From a virus (lineage: Duplodnaviria; Caudoviricetes): a stretch of DNA of 63,929 bases. The notes beneath the pieces were generated by a model. That model saw only the letters and a program-made list of their open reading frames with translations. It did no database searches and was not told the DNA's origin. The DNA lies in the IMG/VR virus record IMGVR_UViG_3300034117_000797, positions 1 through 63,929 of that record. The stretch is one strand, 5' to 3'. Position 1 is the first letter of the stretch, and each line of letters opens with the position of its first letter. Below, one piece after another: positions 47,544 through 57,134 of the stretch. The position numbers were made by a program, and so were the translations under genes.

Positions 47544-48302
47544 TCACAAAGTGCTTATTAGTTGCTGAATGTCTGCATTTGAAACAGAATAAATAGAGGT
47601 CTGGTCTCCTTGCTTGTACGCTATGTAATTCAACGCTTTATCAAACAGCAACTGAAATACGCTATTAGGGTACTCTATGCTTTGAGAAAGAGATGTGATT
47701 ACAGATGGCTTTTTAGCCCAAAATACCGTCAATTCTTGATTCAATTCAGATGGTCTAACTTCAATCTCCGCCATCTTATTTGCGTCAGACGTTCCGTTAT
47801 AGTTATATGGAGCTAAATAGGCATATATTCTAAGGGCTGCACAAAGCTGTGTCCCTTGATACCCAGCTTCAAATGGATTTTCAGATGTTATAGACCATTC
47901 TTCTACATTCAGTCTTTTACACGCACTGTTTGACGATAAGTGGATTCTATTAGGAAGATAATAGCTTCTTGTAGAATCAGGCGTGGCTGGAACAGGAACC
48001 CCTGATGCAGCTTTTGTAACAGGATTTGCATAAACCCCTAATATAGTCCACACTTCATTTGGGAATACATTTAGAGATACTCGTGAGGTGTCACTTGTTA
48101 GAAACACCCCAGAGTATGCTAAATCTCTAAAAAACTCTTCGCTTAATTTATCTTGGCCATATGCAGCATTTACGATATTTGTTAGCCACTTTACCGCTGC
48201 GTTAATTGCAGGGATATAGTCTAAGTCATCCCTATAATGGTCTGACCCCTCCGCATCTAAAGCGAAAGCTAATTGGTCTCGTAAATCTTGCGCCAAAATC
48301 AT
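47544..48302 (-). CDS. Tail ring/adaptor protein
   Basis: Position and size; IEVRP...KKP..I pattern. Confidence 0.6.
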   Translation of the reverse strand: MILAQDLRDQLAFALDAEGSDHYRDDLDYIPAINAAVKWLTNIVNAAYGQDKLSEEFFRDLAYSGVFLTSDTSRVSLNVFPNEVWTILGVYANPVTKAASGVPVPATPDSTRSYYLPNRIHLSSNSACKRLNVEEWSITSENPFEAGYQGTQLCAALRIYAYLAPYNYNGTSDANKMAEIEVRPSELNQELTVFWAKKPSVITSLSQSIEYPNSVFQLLFDKALNYIAYKQGDQTSIYSVSNADIQQLISTL

Positions 48303-48304
48303 GA

Positions 48305-49120
48305 TTACCCGATAGTTTTTTCTGTTATACTTCTTCCGTCTTTATCGAGAACTGAATTTCTCAAATTCCCGTAAAGCATTTTATCTTGTTGGTCAATAGA
48401 CCGTTTTGCCATGTTTTCAACAAGTTGTCGTCTCATAGACTCAGGGCTTTGAGATACAGAGATTCCTTCTTGTTTAGCTCGTGCAATCACTTGAATATCA
48501 GACAATCGTGTGATTGATTGTTGAGCTTCAACCATTTTTTGCGCCCATGTAGCATCTACACTCATAACCGAACCAACGCTCTCATAGAACGCAATTCCAA
48601 ATTGGCTATGGCTTCGTAAATAATTCATAAGCTGCTTGGACTGAACTTTTACCGAAGATACGGAAATTACTTGAATGCCTTTTTGGCCTCTACGCTTTGT
48701 GCGAATCAAAGGTTGGAATTTAACGGCTCCTCCTGGCGGTTCTTCCTCAATACCACGCTTCTTATCACCATGGATAGAGAAGTTAAAGGAGAAGGCAAAA
48801 AACACCACAGGAACGTCCAACCAATCTTCTTCTAATTCTGCAACATACGCAAGGTCTTCATCAAGCTGTTCAACTGCTTTCTTAGTCTTCAGTTTCTCAA
48901 GCTGGTTGGAGAACTTGTTCATCAACTTCTCTTCCATTTCTTTCATCATCTTCTGAACGAGAGACAATGGTAAAGACGTTTCTTTTTCTTCAACTACAGG
49001 CTTAGTTTCAACTACAGCTTCTTCATTCACTTCTTCAAAAAGTGACGTGTTGTGTGATTCCTCAAATACTGAATTTTCAGTTGGGGCAACCACATCTTTT
49101 TTTTCTTTTTTAATCGGCAT
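48305..49120 (-). CDS. Hypothetical protein downstream of the capsid gene
   Basis: 271 aa ORF. Confidence 0.75.
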   Translation of the reverse strand: MPIKKEKKDVVAPTENSVFEESHNTSLFEEVNEEAVVETKPVVEEKETSLPLSLVQKMMKEMEEKLMNKFSNQLEKLKTKKAVEQLDEDLAYVAELEEDWLDVPVVFFAFSFNFSIHGDKKRGIEEEPPGGAVKFQPLIRTKRRGQKGIQVISVSSVKVQSKQLMNYLRSHSQFGIAFYESVGSVMSVDATWAQKMVEAQQSITRLSDIQVIARAKQEGISVSQSPESMRRQLVENMAKRSIDQQDKMLYGNLRNSVLDKDGRSITEKTIG

Positions 49121-49134
49121 AATCTTAATGTTAA

Positions 49135-49166
49135 AATAAAGGGGAGAGTTTTATGCCCTCCCCTAT
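49135..49166 (-). terminator. Terminator after the major capsid gene
   Basis: AGGGGAG/CTCCCCT stem with a T-rich tail on the - strand. Confidence 0.65.
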
Positions 49167-49182
49167 TATATGTTTGTTGTTA

Positions 49183-50421
49183 TTACATTGGAATATCAAC
49201 GTATGCGCAAGCAAGTGGATTGTGGAATTTGATTCCCATGTTACAGTCAACCCATACATCACCATAACGCTTTGGAACTCCGTCTTCAAGTTTCAACGTG
49301 TCTCCAGAACGCTCACCCCAAAGTTGTGTACGCTTGATGTTTTTCATATCAAGGATACAGATACGGTTAGCGAAAGAGCTAGGGAATGATGCAGCATCTT
49401 CAAAACGCTTGTAAGGAACAAGAACGATACGAGAAGAACCGATGTTCACCTCTTTCAAGTTCAACAATGCGATTTCGTCGTTTGGTGCGTAACGAGTCAA
49501 TTCTTCTTTGTAAGCCAATGAAAGCATACGGTGGATACGAGGAGTCATGTACGCCATACGAGCAGCACCATACTCACCATATTCAGAAGAAAGAATCATG
49601 TCCTCGAATGCGTCAACCAAAGTACCTGATGTAGCAAGTGCGTTTGGAGAACCAGCCTCAAGCATAGCAGTGAAAACACCACCTGTTGTTTTAGCAGGAG
49701 TACCATTCTGAGTGATAACTTCACCTTTTTGTCCTGTCCAGAATGCGTTAGAAAGGTCAATACGGTGTTGGTTAAACATCGCATTACGCTCCATTTCAAG
49801 GAAGTTAGAAGTTGTACCCATGTTCTTCAACTTGTGAAGCTCAACCTCTGAGTAGCGGATAGCTTTGTTGAACAACTGAATGTAGTTGTTACGCTCGATT
49901 GTTGAAGCACGGAAGTACTGAGCAAAACCTTCAGAACCATCGTGGTCAACTGTAGATACGTTAGCAAGAACATCGCTGATAGCAACTGCTGGCAAAGTGT
50001 CTCCGTTGTAAGGAGAAACAGTGATTGTCAACAAAGATGTGTCAACAACAGTAACACTACCTTTCTGACCGTTAGGGTAAGAGATGATTGTGTTAGTAGA
50101 GATGTTGTCTACAGAAGCAACAGAGATAGTCTGCGTAGTAGGCCAAGAAACAGCTGCAGAAGCTGCAGTAGCTACAAGTGGCTCACGCTGATAACCCATT
50201 TCCTGATAGAAGAATTCGTCAGAATTCACTTGCTCTGCAGGAACCATGTTAAGGAGCTTCAAATCCATGAACTGCTGTGGAGCAGCATCAAAGATAGCTC
50301 GGTTAGTAAGTTTCTGTACCAACAACGAAATATCGTGTCCGTACAATGAAGCATACTCGGAACCTACGGAGTTAATGTTCTGGTTCGAGAACTTCGTTGA
50401 ATTGTCGTTGTACAATGACAT
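49183..50421 (-). CDS. Major capsid protein
   Basis: 412 aa after the scaffold; NYIQLFNK, AFWTG, TTGG HK97-like motifs; followed by a terminator. Confidence 0.85.
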   Translation of the reverse strand: MSLYNDNSTKFSNQNINSVGSEYASLYGHDISLLVQKLTNRAIFDAAPQQFMDLKLLNMVPAEQVNSDEFFYQEMGYQREPLVATAASAAVSWPTTQTISVASVDNISTNTIISYPNGQKGSVTVVDTSLLTITVSPYNGDTLPAVAISDVLANVSTVDHDGSEGFAQYFRASTIERNNYIQLFNKAIRYSEVELHKLKNMGTTSNFLEMERNAMFNQHRIDLSNAFWTGQKGEVITQNGTPAKTTGGVFTAMLEAGSPNALATSGTLVDAFEDMILSSEYGEYGAARMAYMTPRIHRMLSLAYKEELTRYAPNDEIALLNLKEVNIGSSRIVLVPYKRFEDAASFPSSFANRICILDMKNIKRTQLWGERSGDTLKLEDGVPKRYGDVWVDCNMGIKFHNPLACAYVDIPM

Positions 50422-50451
50422 AGTTAAACAATTAAATTAGTTTACAATTTA

Positions 50452-51621
50452 TTAAGCGTAAGGGTCGTTTTTGAATACTCCACTCAAGTGACCATAGCCT
50501 TCCATTCCGCTAGGATTCATCGAACCCGATGACTTCTGCTTTCTGACTGACTTAGGACTTGAATCAACTATCTTCTGATTCGCCTTACTTTCACCTGACC
50601 TCTCAGCTACCTTCTTGACCGACTCCAACATTTTCTTGCCATAAACCGCATATGCGACTAGCTCTGCAGCATCATCGTTATACGACCCATCGGGCTTCAT
50701 AAACAGACTGTCCACCTTCCCCTCTACCAAGATGTTCCGAATTTTTGACACTTCGGACTTACTGAAGTTAGGGTAAGCCTTACTTAGATTCTCTGCGGAA
50801 AGGAGTGCGCTCTTCTTCATCATTTGAAATTCATTTCTCTGACGCTCAAGGAAATCCTCACGCTCTTCATCTAACGCTTGTTTCTCTCCCGAGAACAGTC
50901 GTCTTGTTGATTTCGCCAACAAAATCATTTTGTCTTCGAGTTCTTCGTCGTCGATTTCGCCATTTTCATAGGCATCAGCCAACTCGTCGTACTCATCAGG
51001 CAAATAGTGCTGAACGAGGCTCTCAACATCTTGGTCTTCAAAACCTGCTGAGAAGTCCAGTCTTTCCGTCATTTCAAATGCAGCCATATGGTCTTCACCA
51101 TTTGCCCACAATTCAACAGCGGTTTTAATCTCTGGTGGTAATGCTTGTAAGTCAGCTGTTAACGCATCAAAGCTCTTCTCAATTTCAGAACCCTGTTGTG
51201 CTTGCTGTCTCCAAGTATCTACCGATGAAAAGAACGTAGATGCATCCTTGATTCCATAATGATTATTTAAGAAACCAATCATCTCCTTGGTAGGCTGAAA
51301 GGTTAATTGGATTTCCTTCTGCTTCTGAGGCTTCATAACACCAAAGATGTCCTCTGGGTCTGAGTCTTCCTCTTCATCATCATAATCCTCTTCATCATCA
51401 TCGTCATCATCCGATGCTGCTTGACGGCTTGAATTCAAGCTTTTCATCAAGTCTTGGTACTCTTGGGAATTAGCGAATGACTCATCCATTCTTGCTAAAG
51501 CCTCAACTTGTCGTAGTTGTTCCTGCGATTCAGCGTCTAAATCAGACACGTCAAAAGAGTTATCATACTCCATTTGACCTGATGCAGCTTCAACTTCTCT
51601 TTCAAAGATGTCGTTGCTCAT
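50452..51621 (-). CDS. Capsid scaffolding protein
   Basis: Very acidic and helical; between portal and MCP; promoter element at 51638-51645. Confidence 0.7.
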   Translation of the reverse strand: MSNDIFEREVEAASGQMEYDNSFDVSDLDAESQEQLRQVEALARMDESFANSQEYQDLMKSLNSSRQAASDDDDDDEEDYDDEEEDSDPEDIFGVMKPQKQKEIQLTFQPTKEMIGFLNNHYGIKDASTFFSSVDTWRQQAQQGSEIEKSFDALTADLQALPPEIKTAVELWANGEDHMAAFEMTERLDFSAGFEDQDVESLVQHYLPDEYDELADAYENGEIDDEELEDKMILLAKSTRRLFSGEKQALDEEREDFLERQRNEFQMMKKSALLSAENLSKAYPNFSKSEVSKIRNILVEGKVDSLFMKPDGSYNDDAAELVAYAVYGKKMLESVKKVAERSGESKANQKIVDSSPKSVRKQKSSGSMNPSGMEGYGHLSGVFKNDPYA

Positions 51622-51650
51622 ACTTATTTATTTTTGACAAAATTACACAA

Positions 51651-53858
51651 TTATTGCATGCTATCTATTTTAGCCTGCTCTCTTTCATTTTTTGCAGCCT
51701 CTTTTAGCTCAATTTTTTCCATGTCTTGTTGATGAGCTGCTTGTTGCATATCCATTGCCATCTGCTGTTGACCTTGTTCCTGTTGAGCCATTTGTTCAGC
51801 TTGTTGAGACTGCATAATGTTGTTTTGAGCTTGAGCTTTAGTAGCATCTTTCTGAGCCATAAAGTCAGCCTGCATCTTATCTCGTTGGAATCTACGAATA
51901 GCATTCGCAATAGAATCAGGTGTAGAGCGATTAAATAATTCAGCAAACATTTGTTGGTCAATCAACTGAGCTTGAAGAAGAGTGAACAGCAATGTATTTC
52001 CGTTGTTTATTCCTTGCTCTTGAGACTCAGCACGCTTAATGAAGATTCTGTAATCTTGTAGCAAATCATCCTCAGTGATATTTATTGTTTGAAAACCTTT
52101 GTCTCCAACAATTTGAGCCAATCTTCGTGGATTGTCATAGTAAACCATTTTACCAACAGTGGCAATATGTTCGTATGCTTGACGAAGGATTGATGTGAGC
52201 GCCCAATAGAACGGCTCTTGAACCAATGAACCACGCTGAATCTGAGCTTCAATAACACCCACAAGAACATCGCTACCACCTTGAGTTCCAGTCATCGCTT
52301 CGTTCACACCTGTAACATCTTGAATACTAGCTTGTACCTGTTGAATAACATTGAACAACTCCATGGTTCCTCCACCAATGTTTGTACCATACGTTCCGAT
52401 GGCATTCTGTACTGAACCAACACGGTCTGTGTCGACAAAGATTGGCTTTGAAGCGTTGATGTTTCTTGTGATGTCCGCCTCTCCATCTCTGTCATCTACC
52501 GCAGACTTAGAGATAACTGTACCTGTTCCACGCATGTTAGCCATGTGTGATTCAACTACAGATAGCGTTCTATTCAAGAATCTTTGTGGGTCAATAACAT
52601 CATCAAGAGGTGTTAATACATCTCCACGGTCATATACCCATGTATAGCATTTGTAAGGGAATCTTACGTTAGCTGGGTCATAAAGATTCTTCTCTTGGTA
52701 AGGAGCAATTCCGTACTCAAGGATAATATCTCCAAGACCATTCCCAATCTCTTCTTGTGGCAATAAGATGCAGTAACGAAGAACATCAACATAGATTGTA
52801 TGCTTCTTCTTATCGCCCATTTCTTTCTGATGCTTGTCTGTCGCAGGCTTAATCAAGTCTTTGTCAGTGTACTTTGAATCAGGGTGATTTACCATGGTGT
52901 AGTAAGGATACCCATATTCATCAAGCACCCATCCGTACTCACGCTTATCAAGGTCTTTCCAATACACTTCGTAAACAGGAACTTTACCTGCCGCTTGAGT
53001 GTAGATACCATTGATGATTTTGTGTACGTTGTGCGTATTTTGATTTCCGTAGTTCTCGATTGCCTCACGCTCTTGATTTGTCAAGTTCTGGAATCGCTCA
53101 AAGATGCTTGGCGCATCCATGTAATACCATTCCCCCATGAACTCAGCATCACGCAAGTCAGGCTTTTTAGCAGACATATCCCAAATGAAGAACAATGGAT
53201 TTACTGCGTCTGCGCAATAAATGTCATTCGCCTCATATCCTTTGTAGATACCTATACCACAAAGAGCAAGGTTACGAGTAATCTGAACCTTTAACTCGTC
53301 CATGTTTACCTCCTGCGCAACGAACTCGATGAGGTTATTTATGTCTTTTTCGTAGTCTTCAACAAATGTGTTATAGAACATCTGCTCTGTTTCAAACTCT
53401 GTATCTTGAATACCTTTATTGTCCTTAATCATATCCTTAAAGAACGGATGTGTGTCGGCAATCTTTTGGTATGTTTTAAGCTTTGCTAATTCAGCCTCAC
53501 GCTTGTTAATTACGAAGTCTGAAATACAAGTGGCTTTAGCGTCATATGCCAAACGAATAGCATTACCAACGTACTGCTGTACCATTGGTTTGATTACGTT
53601 TTTAGTCCACTTTAATCGGTTACGAATGTCACCTGATTCATCAAGAAAGAAGCTCTCGATGTCCTCATCAAAAATCCACTGACCGTCACCTCCTTTGAAG
53701 AATGACCAGTTGATAAGGCATTTGTTTATATATCTTCGGTAGATGTAATTACTCATCGCAGACAGACAGTACTTTGCATAGTCCTTGTGGTACGTCTTGT
53801 CTTTTTTGGAAGTCAACCTATTAGGTCTGATGTTTCCTGTGCTGAAAATATAACTCAT
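51651..53858 (-). CDS. Portal protein
   Basis: 735 aa; NVIKPMVQQYVG, IQDVTGVN.AM.G motifs; Q-rich C-terminal barrel. Confidence 0.85.
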   Translation of the reverse strand: MSYIFSTGNIRPNRLTSKKDKTYHKDYAKYCLSAMSNYIYRRYINKCLINWSFFKGGDGQWIFDEDIESFFLDESGDIRNRLKWTKNVIKPMVQQYVGNAIRLAYDAKATCISDFVINKREAELAKLKTYQKIADTHPFFKDMIKDNKGIQDTEFETEQMFYNTFVEDYEKDINNLIEFVAQEVNMDELKVQITRNLALCGIGIYKGYEANDIYCADAVNPLFFIWDMSAKKPDLRDAEFMGEWYYMDAPSIFERFQNLTNQEREAIENYGNQNTHNVHKIINGIYTQAAGKVPVYEVYWKDLDKREYGWVLDEYGYPYYTMVNHPDSKYTDKDLIKPATDKHQKEMGDKKKHTIYVDVLRYCILLPQEEIGNGLGDIILEYGIAPYQEKNLYDPANVRFPYKCYTWVYDRGDVLTPLDDVIDPQRFLNRTLSVVESHMANMRGTGTVISKSAVDDRDGEADITRNINASKPIFVDTDRVGSVQNAIGTYGTNIGGGTMELFNVIQQVQASIQDVTGVNEAMTGTQGGSDVLVGVIEAQIQRGSLVQEPFYWALTSILRQAYEHIATVGKMVYYDNPRRLAQIVGDKGFQTINITEDDLLQDYRIFIKRAESQEQGINNGNTLLFTLLQAQLIDQQMFAELFNRSTPDSIANAIRRFQRDKMQADFMAQKDATKAQAQNNIMQSQQAEQMAQQEQGQQQMAMDMQQAAHQQDMEKIELKEAAKNEREQAKIDSMQ

Positions 53859-53859
53859 A

Positions 53860-54423
53860 CTATCTCAATACATCGTTTATTCCAACCATGACTTGTTTCT
53901 TCGTTTTTCTGTCCGTAGTCTTGACTCCGTAAGAGGTCTCAAGTCTTTTTACCATATCGGGCAGTTGCTCGTGAACCTTTATCATAAGGTCGGTATATTT
54001 CTTTTTTTCGTCTATGTCCATAGATGCTAATGTTGATGCATCCAATACGACCATGTTGTTTAGCATTTCAAACATGTACTGACTAAGTAATTTTGCCCTT
54101 AATCTGTACTCGGGAGTGTACGTTTCCATACGTTTAATTCCCAATCGAATATGGTCTGGCATTTCTCCTGACGCAAGTAATTTTGCCTCAGAATGTCTGT
54201 CATAGTATTGACCATAAACAAGCTCAAGTGCTTTGCTTAGTCTGTCTCTTTTGCTCAGCTTGTAGATGGGTGATGTTCTATTCCCCAACAACCAACAGAG
54301 TCTTACTTCTTTAACCTTGAGATTCTTGAACTCTTCCGTCTCAGCAAGCTCGGGATATTCAAGTCTAAGGTCTCCTTCTGTTTCTAATCCGAAGAGGATT
54401 ACATCGACTTGTTTCTCTTCCAT
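53860..54423 (-). CDS. Hypothetical packaging-module protein (possible small terminase)
   Basis: 187 aa helical protein immediately upstream of the portal. Confidence 0.55.
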   Translation of the reverse strand: MEEKQVDVILFGLETEGDLRLEYPELAETEEFKNLKVKEVRLCWLLGNRTSPIYKLSKRDRLSKALELVYGQYYDRHSEAKLLASGEMPDHIRLGIKRMETYTPEYRLRAKLLSQYMFEMLNNMVVLDASTLASMDIDEKKKYTDLMIKVHEQLPDMVKRLETSYGVKTTDRKTKKQVMVGINDVLR

Positions 54424-54429
54424 ATTGTT

Positions 54430-54461
54430 AAATAAAGGGTGGAGGAGTTAACCCCCACCCC
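54430..54461 (-). terminator. Intrinsic terminator
   Basis: GGGTGG/CCACCC stem with TTTATTT on the - strand. Confidence 0.65.
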
Positions 54462-54480
54462 GTAAAGGTAATAAAATTTA

Positions 54481-55314
54481 TTACACAGCTGGACAACCAA
54501 GGTATGCTGCTGCATTTGCAACAGAACTTGCGAAAGAACCGTTCAAGATTGAAGTCAATCGAGCAACAGTTGCCGCAGCACCTGCATCACCAGAGTTAAT
54601 GTAAACAAGAGCGTTTACTGGCTTAACAACTTGTAATCCTGTTACAGCGCTGTGGCGAACCATTTTGCGGTAACGAATAATGTGACGGCTGTAAGTGTTT
54701 CCTGTAGCGTAAGGGTTGTTACCTGAGTAACCAACAACCTCATTGTTAGAACCAACTGGAGAAACCCAAGGAAGTGTGTTTGTAAGAGTAGCTCCAGCAG
54801 GTGCTGAAACCTCCAAAGAACCACCAAGAGCAGAATCAGCCATAATCAACAATGTATCAGTTGCGTTAGTGTAAGTCGCAGTGAAAGCAGCATTGTTGTC
54901 AGCGTTGATTTGAGCAGCAAAAGCAGCACCAATTCCATCAACAGTTGGAGGAGTAGTTCCACCATCTCCAAAACCAACTGTGTAAGTACGAGTTTGGTAG
55001 ATAGCTCCAGTTTCTTGACCACCTCCGAAGAAGTTAACAAGGTAAGGAACGTGTACAGTCAAAACGTAAGTTCTGTTAGGAGTCAATGTAACACCTGTCA
55101 ATACAACAGACCAGTTGTTTACTACTCCAGGGCTGTAAGCTGCATAGCTATAACTTAACAAGTCATTTGCTCGTACAACAATAGAAGAATTTCCACCTTC
55201 GTCCAAAACTGTTAAAACTCCCGCTGCAAGAGTAACGTCAACTCCAGAAGAAGGAGTGTTCAGAATCGTAACCGAATCTGCTGTGATTTGAGGCAATCTG
55301 TAATTAAAAGCCAT
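54481..55314 (-). CDS. Putative auxiliary capsid / decoration protein
   Basis: A/G/T/V-rich; stand-alone unit with its own promoter (55392-55399) and terminator. Confidence 0.55.
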   Translation of the reverse strand: MAFNYRLPQITADSVTILNTPSSGVDVTLAAGVLTVLDEGGNSSIVVRANDLLSYSYAAYSPGVVNNWSVVLTGVTLTPNRTYVLTVHVPYLVNFFGGGQETGAIYQTRTYTVGFGDGGTTPPTVDGIGAAFAAQINADNNAAFTATYTNATDTLLIMADSALGGSLEVSAPAGATLTNTLPWVSPVGSNNEVVGYSGNNPYATGNTYSRHIIRYRKMVRHSAVTGLQVVKPVNALVYINSGDAGAAATVARLTSILNGSFASSVANAAAYLGCPAV

Positions 55315-55440
55315 GATAAAAATAAATTAAACACCGATGTTTCCATCTGTGTAGGTTAAAAATATAACCATGCACCGTGCATAGATTGAAGCAAAATTAA
55401 GCATTATTTCATAGCAATTTTTTTAAGTTTTGGCGAATGT

Positions 55441-55590
55441 TCTTTTTTTCTTTTTGGAGTATATATAGAGTATATACGTAGTATATACGAATATATGTAC
55501 TCTTTTTCTTTTCTTTCTTTCTTTTACTCCACTTTTCTTTCTTTCTTTTCTTTTACTTTTTCTTTTTTTCTTAACTCGTAAAAAAAAATG
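55441..55590. repeat. Pyrimidine tracts flanking AGTATATA repeats (origin-like)
   Basis: AGTATATA three times inside a GAGTA/TACTC inverted repeat; TTTC runs; lies between divergent promoters. Confidence 0.55.
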
Positions 55591-55598
55591 ATTAAAAA

Positions 55599-55731
55599 TT
55601 TGGTGGTTAAAAAAATGTGTCTAACTTTGCTACATCAGAATACGGACTGATTAAAGAATTTAGGTTTCGTTCTACCCAACGAAGTAACCCTTGCTCTTAT
55701 GTGCCGTATCACAGAAGAGTGAGGGTTTTTT
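55599..55731 (+). ncRNA. Promoter plus three-hairpin kissing-loop leader/sRNA ending in a terminator (copy B)
   Basis: TTTG-19nt-TAACTTTG; loop ATACGG (55640) is complementary to the terminator apical loop CCGTAT (55704). Confidence 0.7.
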
Positions 55732-55742
55732 ATTTGAAAGAC

Positions 55743-56036
55743 ATGGAAACATTTAGAGTAGTGTGCGTTAACTCAAACGCAAGACCAGCAGACTTCCCTG
55801 CACACCTTTGGATTGATAAAGGAGAAATTTACACAGTAGTAGATGCAAAGTACCTAGCCAAGCAACACATGGCGATGGGATACAAACTGTCAGAGATTGA
55901 ATTGCCTGATGATTGCAAATACAAATTCTTTTTAGCAAACAGATTCAGACCATACACAGACGATGACGCAGAAGCAGAGGCTGCTGTTGAATCATTGTTG
56001 CAAGAGGTAGAAGAATTCCAAGCAGTAGAGCTTTAA
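55743..56036 (+). CDS. Hypothetical protein
   Basis: Likely ATG 55743 (METFRVVC), right after the leader terminator. Confidence 0.7.
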   Translation: METFRVVCVNSNARPADFPAHLWIDKGEIYTVVDAKYLAKQHMAMGYKLSEIELPDDCKYKFFLANRFRPYTDDDAEAEAAVESLLQEVEEFQAVEL

Positions 56037-56038
56037 TT

Positions 56039-56788
56039 ATGTTTGAAGTATTCTCTGAGTTAAATAAGTTCAACGGAATTGTATTTGATGAGTCTGACCA
56101 CTCGTACTTCTACGATGGATTACGATGCACTTCCGTTACTACGTTGCTGTCTAAATTCAAAAAGCCATTTGAAACAGAAATAATCGCCGCAAGATATGCA
56201 ACGAAAAACGGTTTAATCGCCGCAGATGTAATTCAAGAATGGGAAGACATCAAGAACGCATCCACATCAAAAGGTACTGAACTGCATAAATACGCAGAGT
56301 TGAAGTTTACAAATAAGCACTATGAAGTAGACAGAAGCACTGGAGCGCAAGATTTGACTTTCATGATTGATAATTTCTACAAAGATTATATCAACACCCT
56401 ATTGTTAGTAAGAGCAGAGCTTGTGGTCGGAGACAAAGACCTGCGCATCTGCGGAATGCTTGACAAGCTATTCTATAATGTCGTTGATAGTGAGCTTCAG
56501 ATATGGGATTACAAGACAAACAAAGAGATGGCTACTCACAGTAAGTACAAGAATAAAATGACTAATGGTCTTCAACATCTTTCCGAATGTGAGTACAATA
56601 CATACTCACTACAGTTGGGGGTCTATAAAAAAATAATAGAGAAAAACACCAATTTAAGAATTGGAAAATCATATATTTGTTGGGTTAACGACAAGAACTC
56701 TAACTATGTAGTCATAAAGACTGCAGATTTAGATAAGGAAGTCGATATTGTTCTTAACTCATCAATAGACAATGACTACATCTTCTAA
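56039..56788 (+). CDS. PD-(D/E)xK (Cas4/RecB-like) exonuclease
   Basis: H.Y...SVTT, GTELH, E....D..ICGMLD, IWDYKT, YSLQL..Y. Confidence 0.85.
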   Translation: MFEVFSELNKFNGIVFDESDHSYFYDGLRCTSVTTLLSKFKKPFETEIIAARYATKNGLIAADVIQEWEDIKNASTSKGTELHKYAELKFTNKHYEVDRSTGAQDLTFMIDNFYKDYINTLLLVRAELVVGDKDLRICGMLDKLFYNVVDSELQIWDYKTNKEMATHSKYKNKMTNGLQHLSECEYNTYSLQLGVYKKIIEKNTNLRIGKSYICWVNDKNSNYVVIKTADLDKEVDIVLNSSIDNDYIF

Positions 56789-57134
56789 GTACTCAAGCAA
56801 TAAGATTATAGAGGTCATAGAAGACCGCACTCATCATTTTATCATGAAGAGTTATATCACCACAATATTTGAAACAGATAGAAAGAAACCAGAATATCAT
56901 TTGTATTGGTACAATGACAATAAGATGTGGGAAGACACAAGCATGATATACAAAAATCTATCTGCAAAGAAGCTTGGAAAGAAAGAGCTTAAGTACTTCT
57001 TCGATAATCAGGACATATTTGTTGAAGTTAAAACAAACAAACACGGAACTGTTTGGGAACACAAAGACATAGGGTTCGATAAAAGTAAAGTACAAAGAAA
57101 TCAGTACTTTCTTGACTTTAATCAAGAATCTTAA
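56772..57134 (+). CDS. Hypothetical protein
   Basis: 120 aa, overlaps the nuclease stop. Confidence 0.7.
   Translation: MTTSSKYSSNKIIEVIEDRTHHFIMKSYITTIFETDRKKPEYHLYWYNDNKMWEDTSMIYKNLSAKKLGKKELKYFFDNQDIFVEVKTNKHGTVWEHKDIGFDKSKVQRNQYFLDFNQES

Noticed and set aside
55617-55742. GTG-started N-terminal extension of ORF 55617..56036
   Set aside because: It begins inside the promoter and spans the structured leader and terminator; ATG 55743 is more plausible
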